A DNA stretch of 64,000 bases from an uncultured Solirubrobacterales bacterium (GTDB taxonomy: Bacteria; Actinomycetota; Thermoleophilia; Solirubrobacterales; JACPNS01), in NCBI GenBank assembly GCA_937128795.1, contig CAKZMQ010000025.1:245-64244 (forward strand), written 5' to 3'. The notes under the pieces are model-generated. The model ran no database searches. It worked only from the letters and a program-made list of their open reading frames with translations, and had not been told where the DNA came from. The position numbers and the translations under genes were made by a program. Each line of letters begins with the position of its first letter. The stretch's first letter is position 1. This document shows, piece by piece, positions 1 to 8,208 of this stretch.

Positions 1-549
1 GTCGACGCCGATCGCGGCGATTTCGGGGCGTGTGAGCCAGCGGGCTTCGGCGGCGTCGGTGGATGGTGCGAGGTCGACTGGATCGATCACGGCGAGGTAG
101 CGGAAGTCGTAGTGTGTGTGGGCGGGAGTGTCGCCGCGGGCTGCGATGCGGTGGACGTCCAGGTCGAACAGCTCGACAGCCGATGCAGAGACGTCGACGC
201 CGAGTTCCTCACTCGCCTCACGCGCCGCGACCGCACCCGGGTCGAATTCCCCGGGCTCGGCGTGCCCGCCCGGCTGCACCCACAATTTGAGATTCCTGTG
301 AAAGATCAACGCCGCCCGCCCGTCGCTGCCGAGCACCATGCAGCTGCCCGTGGCGTGGCCGGGCTGGAAGGCGTTGCGGTCGAATGGGTTTTGGTCCGCG
401 AGGTCGGGCCCCGCAAGCGAGAGCCAGTCAATGATCGCCATCTGATGAGCGCGCTCGACCTCGTCGAAAGGGCGGTGCCCACGAGCCAGCACCAACAACT
501 CCGCGCGGATATCGTTGGCGCGATCGAGATCGGAATCAACAGTGTCCAT
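1..549 (-). CDS. NUDIX hydrolase, partial (C-terminus runs off the left edge of the window)
   Basis: Manual minus-strand translation from ATG (complement of 547-549) gives MDTVDSDLDRANDIRAELL...WVQPGGHAEPGEFDPGAVAAREASEELGV. This contains a canonical Nudix box GX5EX7REUXEEXGU. It is absent from the ORF track because no stop codon lies inside the window. Confidence 0.8.
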   Translation of the reverse strand, partial: MDTVDSDLDRANDIRAELLVLARGHRPFDEVERAHQMAIIDWLSLAGPDLADQNPFDRNAFQPGHATGSCMVLGSDGRAALIFHRNLKLWVQPGGHAEPGEFDPGAVAAREASEELGVDVSASAVELFDLDVHRIAARGDTPAHTHYDFRYLAVIDPVDLAPSTDAAEARWLTRPEIAAIGVD

Positions 550-574
550 CGCACGAGGGTAAGGGCGTGAGGGT

Positions 575-1405
575 ATGAGCGAACAGACGCAGGCAACCGA
601 GAGTTCCAAGAAACTCCCGATCGACGACATGGAGGCGATCTGGGGCGGCGGCTTCAAGCGCGCCCGTGCCGCGCTCGGCGCCAGCGCCTTCGGGATGTCG
701 GTCAGCGACCTGCCGCCAAACTTCGAGCGAGTCCCGCCGCACGTGCACACCTTTGACGGGCAGGAAGAGGTTTACATTGCGCTGGCCGGCGGCGGCTGGC
801 TGGAGATCAACGGCGAGCGCGTGCCGTTGACGACGGAGAATGCGATCCGCGTCGGCCCGACCGCGATCCGTCGCCCGATCGCGGGCGAGGATGGCCTGCG
901 ACTGCTGTCGGTGGGCGGGACCGCTGGCAAGGTGTACGAACCGTTCCCCAACTCGATGGCCGGAGCGCCCGAGGCGTCGATTCCGGAGCTGCCCGGCATA
1001 CAAGCCGTGGAGGGTCACGAGTCGAGCGACGACTTCACGGCAAAGAGCTTCGACGAGATGAACCCGTTCATCGGCGTCGTCCCAGGGGTCGGGATGTACC
1101 CCGTCCGACGCGCGCTCGGCATCAAGGCATTCGGAATCAGCAGAGTCGTGCTCGAACGAGAGCCGGGCGTCGATGGCTTTACCGGTTACCCCGACCACGA
1201 TCACACCGAAGACGAGCAGGAAGAGGTCTACGTGGTCACGGCCGGATCGGGCGGCCTGCGGATGGCGGACGATGACATCGAGGTCGAGACAGGGGACATG
1301 GTTCGCGTCGCCCCGAACGTCACGCGCAAATGGATCCCGTCCAAGGAGGGGCTCAGCTTCATCGCGATCGGCGCGCCGATCGGCAGGCCGTACGAGCCGG
1401 CGTAG
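575..1405 (+). CDS. Cupin-domain protein (two cupin-like halves)
   Basis: 276-aa ORF. It has two repeats of the G-x-EE-VY-x-x-x-G...V cupin pattern (PPHVHTFDGQEEVYIALAGGG and DHDHTEDEQEEVYVVTAGSG). GAGGG lies upstream of the ATG. Confidence 0.7.
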   Translation: MSEQTQATESSKKLPIDDMEAIWGGGFKRARAALGASAFGMSVSDLPPNFERVPPHVHTFDGQEEVYIALAGGGWLEINGERVPLTTENAIRVGPTAIRRPIAGEDGLRLLSVGGTAGKVYEPFPNSMAGAPEASIPELPGIQAVEGHESSDDFTAKSFDEMNPFIGVVPGVGMYPVRRALGIKAFGISRVVLEREPGVDGFTGYPDHDHTEDEQEEVYVVTAGSGGLRMADDDIEVETGDMVRVAPNVTRKWIPSKEGLSFIAIGAPIGRPYEPA

Positions 1406-1423
1406 CCCTCGGACCTTGTTGGG

Positions 1424-2191
1424 TTAGGTGTCGAAGGTGCCGCCACGACCCTTCCCGCCGGCAAACTGCGACGCCCCGCGAGCCGCAACCGTCGCCGTCG
1501 CCGGACCGTTCTTAGTCTCGATCGCCAAGCCCTCATCGAGCGATCTACCGAGACCAGCCAACAACGCCGCGCGGTCGGCAAGCATCGTCTCGCGCGGAAA
1601 TCCTGCGATCTGCTCCGCCAGCGCAAGCGCCGCCGCCACATGCTCGCCCCGTGGCACCCGCTGCGTGACCAACCCGATCCGCTCGGCCTCGTCCAGCTCG
1701 ACCATCCTGCCGGTCAGCACCAGATCGAGCGCCGTCCCAAGCCCAACGATCCGCGAGATCCGCTGCGTCCCGCCGTCGATCAACGGCACGCCCCAGCGCC
1801 GCTCCGCGAATCCAAACGTCGATCCCTCACCGCAGACGCGCAGGTCACACCAAAGCGCCAACTCAAATCCACCGGCCAACGCCCAGCCACCGATCGCCGC
1901 GATCGTCGGCTTGGGCGAGGTCAGTCGCGTGAACCCAAGCGGCCCGCCCTCACTCTCGAGCCGAGGAAACAGCGACGCAACATCCTTCAGGTCCGCACCG
2001 GCACAGAATGCCTCATCGCCAGCACCCGTCAGCACCATGCAGAGCGCCTCTTCGTCGGCACAAAACTGCTCGTACGCCGCCTGCAACGCATCGGCGGTCG
2101 GACCGTTGACCGCGTTGCGAACCTCCGGGCGGTTGATCGTGACAAGTGCGGCAGAGCCGAGCCGTTCGTAACCGACGAGATCCGTATGCAT
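1424..2191 (-). CDS. Enoyl-CoA hydratase/isomerase (crotonase) family protein
   Basis: 255 aa. Contains INRPEVRNAVN...VLTGAGDEAFCAGADLKD, the crotonase signature. Confidence 0.85.
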   Translation of the reverse strand: MHTDLVGYERLGSAALVTINRPEVRNAVNGPTADALQAAYEQFCADEEALCMVLTGAGDEAFCAGADLKDVASLFPRLESEGGPLGFTRLTSPKPTIAAIGGWALAGGFELALWCDLRVCGEGSTFGFAERRWGVPLIDGGTQRISRIVGLGTALDLVLTGRMVELDEAERIGLVTQRVPRGEHVAAALALAEQIAGFPRETMLADRAALLAGLGRSLDEGLAIETKNGPATATVAARGASQFAGGKGRGGTFDT

Positions 2192-2229
2192 GGCGCCAGC
2201 CTAACGGCGAGTCGCACGGCATTGCGGCT

Positions 2230-4659
2230 TCAACCCCGCGCGCCCTCGGCCCGCGCCACGTTCGCCCGCGCCTGCTCCACCGCGTCGACGCTCACTGAAA
2301 TCGCGTCGATCCCGGCGCCCACAAGGAGCTCTGCATACTCCGGATAAACAGAAGGCGCCTGACCGCAGATCGAAGTCCGCAGCCCGAGCTCGCGCGCCTG
2401 CGGGATCAACTGGCGCAGATACGCCACCACCGCCGGGTCCGTCGCGTCGAACGATTCGGCAAGCTCCGCAGACTCGCGATCCGAGCCGAGCAGCAGCTGC
2501 GTCAGGTCGTTGGTGCCGATCGAGATCCCGGCGACGCCCTGCTCGGCGATCGCCGGGAGGATGAACAGGATCGACGGCACCTCGGCCATCACCCAGAGCT
2601 CAAACCCCGGCAGGTCGGTCAATCCACTCTGCGCAATCAACCCACGGCACTGCGCCAACTCATCGGCGCTGCGCACGAACGGCAACATCAGGTGGAGGTT
2701 TTGATAGCCGCCGTCCCACACTCGGCGCACGGCCGCCAGCTCGAGCGCGAAGAATTCCGGATCGCGCAGGTAGCGCTGCACGCCGCGCATCCCGATCATC
2801 GGATTGTCCTCGATCGGCTCGAAGCGATCGCCGCCCTCCAGGTCGCGGAACTCGTTCGTGCGGAAGTCAATCGTGCGGTAAGTGATCGGACGCGGGCTGA
2901 ACCCTGCCGCGAACCGCCCGAGCGCGGCGGCCATCTTCGCGACGAACTCCTCGCCCTGGCCCTGCTCGATCAGCAGCTTCGGGTGCTTGCCGTCCAACGC
3001 ATGCAGCACGAGGATCTCCGCGCGCAGCAGCCCAACCCCGTCCACGTTCATCGCCGCGGCAAGATCGACCTGTTCCGGATCGGAGAGATTGACGAGGATC
3101 TTGGTGCGCGTCGGAGGCGACTCAGTTGTGACCGACGGGGACGCGTCAGCGGGCATCGCTCGTTCGGCACTGATTTCGGCAGCTGCAATCTCCACACGCT
3201 GCTCGCCCGCAAGCACCGTCCCATTTGCCGCATCAATCGTCACCACCTGCCCATCGATCAACTGCTCGGTCGCGTCGCCCGTCCCAACGATGCACGGGAT
3301 TCCCAACTCCCGCGCGACGATCGCCGCATGGCAAGTCACGCCCCCGCTATCGGTGATGATCCCCGCCGCGCGCCGCATCAGCGGCACCCAATCCGGTCGC
3401 GTGGTGTGTGCGACGAGCAGCTCGCCCTGCTCAAAATTCTCTCCTTCCTTCGGCGATTCGATCAGGCGCACCGCACCGGTGGCAGCCCCCGGCCCCGCGC
3501 CGACCCCGCTCAACAACACGGCCCCATGCGGAACGGCCTGCGATTCCGTCTGCCCGCCGCCGACAGTGGTGATCGGCCGCGACTGAAGGATCCACAACAC
3601 GCCGGCCTGATCGAGTGCCCACTCGATGTCCTGCGGTTTGCCGTAGTGAGCCTCGATCGCGATCCCGTTGTGCGCGATCTGCGTCGCCTCGCTCTCGTCG
3701 ATCGCGGCGTGCGTCTCCTCGCTTTTCGTGAGCTTGCGCGTGACCGTGCCTCCGGACAGATCGGAGTCGATCGAGATCGTCTTGTGACTGATGTACTTCT
3801 CACTCAGGAACGGAGCGTCCCCAGCGTTTTCGCCCTTCTCGAACACGAAGCGATCCGGCGACACCGCGCCCGAAACGATCGACTCGCCCAAACCAAGCGA
3901 CGCCTCAACAACCACTCGGTCGTCGCGCCCGTTCGTCGGATCGATCGTGAACATCACGCCCGAACGCTTGGCCACCAGCTGCTTCTGTACCACCACCGCG
4001 ATGTCCATGTCTGCCAACGGCATCCCGCCGGTAGCGCGGTAATAGAGCGTGCGCTCGCTGTACAGGGAGGCCCAACACTGCTGCACCGCGCGCAGCAGTT
4101 GTTCGCGACCGCGCACGTTCAAGAACGACGCATGCATGCCCGCAAACGAAGCCGTAGCCGCATCCTCTCCGATCGCCGAGGAGCGCACTGCAACCGGCAG
4201 GTCCGGGCGATCTGAGCAGAGTCGGGCGTGCGCCACCGAGATCTGCTCGACAAGACCAGGCGGGACGACGGTGATCTCGACCAAAGCGTGTGTAACGGCA
4301 GCGGCGTCGGCCAGCGATCGCGAATCCTCCGGTCGCAGATCATTCAATGCGATCGCCAGCTTTTCGCGCAGGCCTGTCCCATCGCAGAATTCGGCATAGG
4401 CTGGAGCTCCAATCACGAAGCCGGACGGCACCGCGAAACCGCTTGAGCTCAACTCGCCGAGGTTCGCGCCTTTGCCACCCGCCCAGTCGACGTCTTTGAG
4501 CGAAAGGTCACTGAAGCTGCGGCAAGCGGCGGATTGCTCGCTCTGCTTCGGAGGGGCCGATTCTGTGGATTCGGACACAGATTCACGATACGGGCGAACG
4601 CTCGCCGTTGCTCCGTAGTTATCCGTCGCGAACTTGCGTGATGCACGCGGAGACATCAC
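2230..4659 (-). CDS. ppsA: Phosphoenolpyruvate synthase (pyruvate, water dikinase)
   Basis: 809 aa. It has an N-terminal ATP-grasp region (GGKGANLGEL), a phospho-His swivel motif (GGVTCHAAIVARELGIPCIVG) and a C-terminal PEP-utilizer TIM barrel. The exact start is uncertain because of an N-terminal extension of about 50 aa. Confidence 0.85.
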   Translation of the reverse strand: MMSPRASRKFATDNYGATASVRPYRESVSESTESAPPKQSEQSAACRSFSDLSLKDVDWAGGKGANLGELSSSGFAVPSGFVIGAPAYAEFCDGTGLREKLAIALNDLRPEDSRSLADAAAVTHALVEITVVPPGLVEQISVAHARLCSDRPDLPVAVRSSAIGEDAATASFAGMHASFLNVRGREQLLRAVQQCWASLYSERTLYYRATGGMPLADMDIAVVVQKQLVAKRSGVMFTIDPTNGRDDRVVVEASLGLGESIVSGAVSPDRFVFEKGENAGDAPFLSEKYISHKTISIDSDLSGGTVTRKLTKSEETHAAIDESEATQIAHNGIAIEAHYGKPQDIEWALDQAGVLWILQSRPITTVGGGQTESQAVPHGAVLLSGVGAGPGAATGAVRLIESPKEGENFEQGELLVAHTTRPDWVPLMRRAAGIITDSGGVTCHAAIVARELGIPCIVGTGDATEQLIDGQVVTIDAANGTVLAGEQRVEIAAAEISAERAMPADASPSVTTESPPTRTKILVNLSDPEQVDLAAAMNVDGVGLLRAEILVLHALDGKHPKLLIEQGQGEEFVAKMAAALGRFAAGFSPRPITYRTIDFRTNEFRDLEGGDRFEPIEDNPMIGMRGVQRYLRDPEFFALELAAVRRVWDGGYQNLHLMLPFVRSADELAQCRGLIAQSGLTDLPGFELWVMAEVPSILFILPAIAEQGVAGISIGTNDLTQLLLGSDRESAELAESFDATDPAVVAYLRQLIPQARELGLRTSICGQAPSVYPEYAELLVGAGIDAISVSVDAVEQARANVARAEGARG

Positions 4660-4686
4660 GCGAACGAATGGCGTAGGTTGATTTTC

Positions 4687-5445
4687 ATGTCAGAGGAATT
4701 CACGAATCGCGTCGCCTTTGTAACCGGCGCCGCCTCCGGCATAGGCCGTGCGACGGCCGAGCTGTTCGCCGAGCGCGGAGCGAAGGTAGTGCTCGGCGAC
4801 ATCACCGAGGACGCCGGCGCCGACGCAGTGGCAGCGATCAAGGCCGCTGGCGGCGAGGCGACGTTCGTTTCTGTCGACGTCTCCGACGCCGAGCAGGTGG
4901 AGGCGGCAATCGAATCGGTCATCGCCACATATGGCCGCCTCGACTATGCGTTCAACAACGCCGGCATCGAGGGTGTGCCCGCACCGACAGCCGACTGCAC
5001 AGTCGAAAACTTTCAGAACACGATCGCCGTCAACCTCACCGGTACGTTTCTCTGCATGAAGGGGGAGTTGCCGCTGATGCTCGAGAACGGCGGCGCAATC
5101 GTCAACTGCGCATCGATTGCCGGACTCGTCGGATTTGGAGGCAGCCCCGCGTACTGCGCATCGAAGGGCGGAGTGATCCAACTGACTAAAACTGCCGCGC
5201 TGGAATATGCCGACAAGGGCGTGCGCGTGAACGCAGTCTGCCCCGGCATCATCGAGACGCCGATGGTCGATCGCTTCACGCATGGCGACCCGGAGGCGGT
5301 CGGCCAACTGGCGGCCGGAGAACCGATCGGTCGGATCGGTGCGCCCGGCGAAATTGCCGAGGCAGTGCTGTGGTTGTGCTCCGATGCGGCGAGCTTCGTG
5401 ACCGGCCATCCGATGGTGATCGACGGCGGCTGGGTGGCGCGCTGA
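4687..5445 (+). CDS. Short-chain dehydrogenase/reductase (SDR)
   Basis: Contains TGAASGIGRA (Rossmann TGxxxGxG), NNAG and YCASK (YxxxK). The ATG at 4687 is preferred over the TTG at 4678. Confidence 0.85.
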   Translation: MSEEFTNRVAFVTGAASGIGRATAELFAERGAKVVLGDITEDAGADAVAAIKAAGGEATFVSVDVSDAEQVEAAIESVIATYGRLDYAFNNAGIEGVPAPTADCTVENFQNTIAVNLTGTFLCMKGELPLMLENGGAIVNCASIAGLVGFGGSPAYCASKGGVIQLTKTAALEYADKGVRVNAVCPGIIETPMVDRFTHGDPEAVGQLAAGEPIGRIGAPGEIAEAVLWLCSDAASFVTGHPMVIDGGWVAR

Positions 5446-5525
5446 CCGCACCGCACGAGGCGGTTGAAAGGAGTAGCTTTAAGGGGTTCGTCCAATCGTG
5501 CCGCTGGACTCTGGGGAGGAGCCAA

Positions 5526-5768
5526 TTGAGCACATCACACGCCTCCGCGGCGGGCATCGACGCCCATCTCGCTGAACTCGCCGATCAGATCGACCATCGC
5601 CCGATGGTCAAGCAGCCGCAATCGCAGAAGGCATACAAAGTCGTGCTCGTCGTGACCGGTGCCAACGCAAGGAGCGGCGGCCCAACCGGAGACAAGACCG
5701 CGAACGCCGCGGCCGCCCGCGCAAAGCTGGAACGCGGCCGGCGCAACGGCCAGCGCCCCGCCGCCTAG
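5526..5768 (+). CDS. Small hypothetical protein (80 aa), basic Ala-rich C-terminus
   Basis: TTG start with GGAGGAG 5 nt upstream. It is in frame with track ORF 5370..5768. No recognisable family. Confidence 0.35.
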   Translation: MSTSHASAAGIDAHLAELADQIDHRPMVKQPQSQKAYKVVLVVTGANARSGGPTGDKTANAAAARAKLERGRRNGQRPAA

Positions 5769-5843
5769 CGGGGACCTGTTCGGACTTACGCCGTCCTACG
5801 CAGTTCGCCCGTCCCCCCGCCGGGCGGCTGCCCCTGTCGTCAA

Positions 5844-6797
5844 TCAGAGCACGATCACGGCAGAGCCGGTGAACCGCCCGTGGCGCAAATCGTCCAGAGC
5901 CTGGTTGGTCTGTTCGAGCGGGTAGGTGGTGACCTCGGTGCGGATCGGGATCTCCGCCGCCAGCGGCAGGAACTCCTCGCCGTCCGTGCGCGTGAGGTTT
6001 GCGACGGACTTGATGGTTCTCTCGTGCCAGAGCAGTTCGTAGGGGAAGGAGGGGATATCCGACATGTGGATGCCGCCGCAGACGACGGTGCCGCCGGGCT
6101 TGGTGGCTGCGAGGGCTTTTGGCACGAGTTCGCCGACCGGGGCGAAGATGATTGCGGCGTCGAGGGGTTCGGGTGGTTGTTGCTCTGAGTCGCCGGCCCA
6201 GGTAGCGCCGAGCTCGCTTGCCTTGGCTTGGGCTTCTGTGTCTTTGGGACGTGTGAAGGCGAAGACGCTCCGCTGCTGGTGCACGGCCACCTGGGTGATG
6301 ACGTGCGCGGCGGCGCCGAAGCCGTAGATGCCGAGGTTCGTCGCTTCGCCGGTGAAGCTGAGGCATCTGAATCCAATAAGCCCGGCGCAAAGGAGCGGGG
6401 CGAGTTGTTCGGCGGGCTGGTCCTTTGGGAGCGGGAAGGCGTAGCGGCGGTCGACCACGGCTTCGTCGGCGAAGCCACCATCGATGTCGCAGCCGGTGAA
6501 CTTGGCGTTGGGGCAGAGGTTCTCTTTGCCGGCGACGCAGAAGGAGCAAGTGCCGCAGGTCCAGCCGAGCCAGGGCACACCGAAGCGGTCGCCGCGCTCG
6601 TCGATGCCGACGATCTGGTGGCCGAGTGTGCGCGGCGGGTCTTTGATTTCGACTTCGCCGTCCATGAGATGGAGGTCCGTGCGGCAGACGGCGCAGGCTT
6701 CGACGGTGAGGAGGAGTTGGTCCTCGGCGGCGGTCGGCGTTGGGACTTCGGTCAGGTGGAGTGGCTCGCCTGTGCTGATGAACTGCATCGCGCGCAT
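5844..6797 (-). CDS. Zinc-binding alcohol dehydrogenase (MDR family)
   Basis: 317 aa. Contains ACAVCRTDLHL (catalytic Zn site) and a CGTCSFCVAGKENLC structural Zn cluster. Confidence 0.85.
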   Translation of the reverse strand: MRAMQFISTGEPLHLTEVPTPTAAEDQLLLTVEACAVCRTDLHLMDGEVEIKDPPRTLGHQIVGIDERGDRFGVPWLGWTCGTCSFCVAGKENLCPNAKFTGCDIDGGFADEAVVDRRYAFPLPKDQPAEQLAPLLCAGLIGFRCLSFTGEATNLGIYGFGAAAHVITQVAVHQQRSVFAFTRPKDTEAQAKASELGATWAGDSEQQPPEPLDAAIIFAPVGELVPKALAATKPGGTVVCGGIHMSDIPSFPYELLWHERTIKSVANLTRTDGEEFLPLAAEIPIRTEVTTYPLEQTNQALDDLRHGRFTGSAVIVL

Positions 6798-6876
6798 GGC
6801 TGCAATCTACGCGCCCGGCGGATCGGCCTGCGACCTAATGGGGAAGCCCACCCCGACCGATTAGGATTGCACCCCC

Positions 6877-6949
6877 GCCGACGTAGCTCAGTTGGTAGAG
6901 CACTTCACTCGTAATGAAGGGGTCCCCGGTTCGAATCCGGGCGTCGGCT
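6877..6949 (+). tRNA. tRNA-Thr (anticodon CGU)
   Basis: Hand-folded cloverleaf. Acceptor is GCCGACG/CGTCGGC, D arm GCTCAGTTGGTAGAGC, anticodon stem CTTCA/TGAAG with loop CTCGTAA, and T arm CCCGGTTCGAATCCGGG. Confidence 0.9.
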
Positions 6950-7072
6950 TTTTCTCGACCTCCTCGCATGGGCATATCGTGGCTCGTCAAAAGAGCCTTC
7001 CGGCCTCATTTCGAATCGCGTTCGAGCCAGTTCAGAATGCGGTAGTCGCATAATCGCATTCCGTGCACGCAT

Positions 7073-7127
7073 GGACACGCATGAAGAATGCGCGCTTTCT
7101 AGAAGCGCGCATTCTTCATGCGTGTCC
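7073..7127. repeat. Perfect 25-bp inverted repeat with a 5-nt loop, followed by the direct repeat GTCCTATAAA x2
   Basis: GGACACGCATGAAGAATGCGCGCTT-tctag-AAGCGCGCATTCTTCATGCGTGTCC, read directly from the sequence. It lies between tRNA-Thr and the HTH gene in an AT-richer stretch. Confidence 0.9.
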
Positions 7128-7222
7128 TATAAAGTCCTATAAACGTGTATATTGTCTATCCAAGTCCACTTCTGGCGCATGTTGTTAAGGCATGACACCG
7201 GACTGCCGATAGGAGTGGCGAA

Positions 7223-7495
7223 ATGCCGCTAACCGCATCACAACCAGTGTTTCTAACTGTCAATGAGGCTGCGAGCCTCTTGCGGGTGTCCGACAAAACG
7301 ATCCGTAGATGGATTGCAGATGAGCGGATTCCGTATTTGGAGCTACCGGGTGGCAGTGGGTATCGAATTCCACAGGCATCGCTTCTTGCGTCGTTGAATC
7401 GTAATTTCGATTTTGCTGACGAGAGTGACGCGATCGATCGTCTGTTCGAAGGCGTGACCGAAAGTGACGTAACGGCTGTGCTTGGTGCGGATTAG
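7223..7495 (+). CDS. Excisionase-family helix-turn-helix DNA-binding protein (putative antitoxin/regulator)
   Basis: 90 aa. LTVNEAASLLRVSDKTIRRWIADERIPYLELPG matches the excisionase/MerR-type HTH pattern. AGGAG lies upstream of the ATG. Confidence 0.75.
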   Translation: MPLTASQPVFLTVNEAASLLRVSDKTIRRWIADERIPYLELPGGSGYRIPQASLLASLNRNFDFADESDAIDRLFEGVTESDVTAVLGAD

Positions 7496-7503
7496 CTCCA
7501 AGC

Positions 7504-8208
7504 TTGTCCGCCGCACCGCATGCCTACTCTGCGGGCATGCCGTTGGTCATGGTGGACACGAACTTTTCGTTGCGAGCAACTATTCCTCGTCCAGGCGGGT
7601 TGGCCAGAAAAGCATGGGTTCTATTTGCCTTCGGTGCAGCTCAACTTCGGGCTGAACAACTCGAGTTGGATTTCGCCGAACTGAACGGCGAAGCGGCCCG
7701 TTCAGGCGGGCGGTTGTCCCGGTCTGAGTCGCTATTCACGGCTTCAGCCGCGGAACTGGCGCGACTTGAGGAGCTCCTGCCGATCGGGACGCCCACGGAT
7801 TGGGCGCTGGCAGGGTCGCAGGCATGCTGGGATGAGTACCAGCGAAAGGCACTCGAACTTGCCTCGAGACTCCATCGATCTATCACTCCGCGGCAGGCGG
7901 GATTGCTCCGACAGCAATACGAAGCACTTTGTGTTGTGGCTCCTAAGCCTTCTTACGCACTGCAAGTCCCGGCGTTGACACCCGATCCCGACGATGACCT
8001 TCTCGTATTCGACGCGATGCGCGTCGGCGCCGACATCTTTGTGAGTGACGACCCGCATGTCATTCCTGCTGACGCTGACGGCGCGATCGACTACGAGTTC
8101 GGCGAGCTTTCAGTGAGGGCGATGACGCCTGGATACTTCTTCGACCAAATTGGGAACGAAGTCGATTGGGATTCGATTGACGGGTCTTGGATTAGACCCA
8201 GCACCTAA
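7504..8208 (+). CDS. PIN-like domain protein with an expanded middle region (putative toxin partner of the HTH)
   Basis: It has N-terminal VMVDTNF and C-terminal PDPDDDLLVFDAMRVGADIFVSDD, as in PIN-family TA toxin components. The start may be the ATG at 7537. Its stop codon overlaps the hsdR stop on the opposite strand. Confidence 0.55.
   Translation: MSAAPHAYSAGMPLVMVDTNFSLRATIPRPGGLARKAWVLFAFGAAQLRAEQLELDFAELNGEAARSGGRLSRSESLFTASAAELARLEELLPIGTPTDWALAGSQACWDEYQRKALELASRLHRSITPRQAGLLRQQYEALCVVAPKPSYALQVPALTPDPDDDLLVFDAMRVGADIFVSDDPHVIPADADGAIDYEFGELSVRAMTPGYFFDQIGNEVDWDSIDGSWIRPST

Noticed and set aside
2692-4215. 507-aa ORF on the plus strand, antisense to PEP synthase. Similar long antisense ORFs include 9240-10520, 12676-14106, 20012-21133, 23047-24267, 31020-31934 and 40827-42149.
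   Set aside because: These are typical shadow ORFs of a high-GC genome. Their compositions are Arg/Ala/Gly/Pro-rich with no motifs, and each is fully contained within a strongly supported gene on the other strand.
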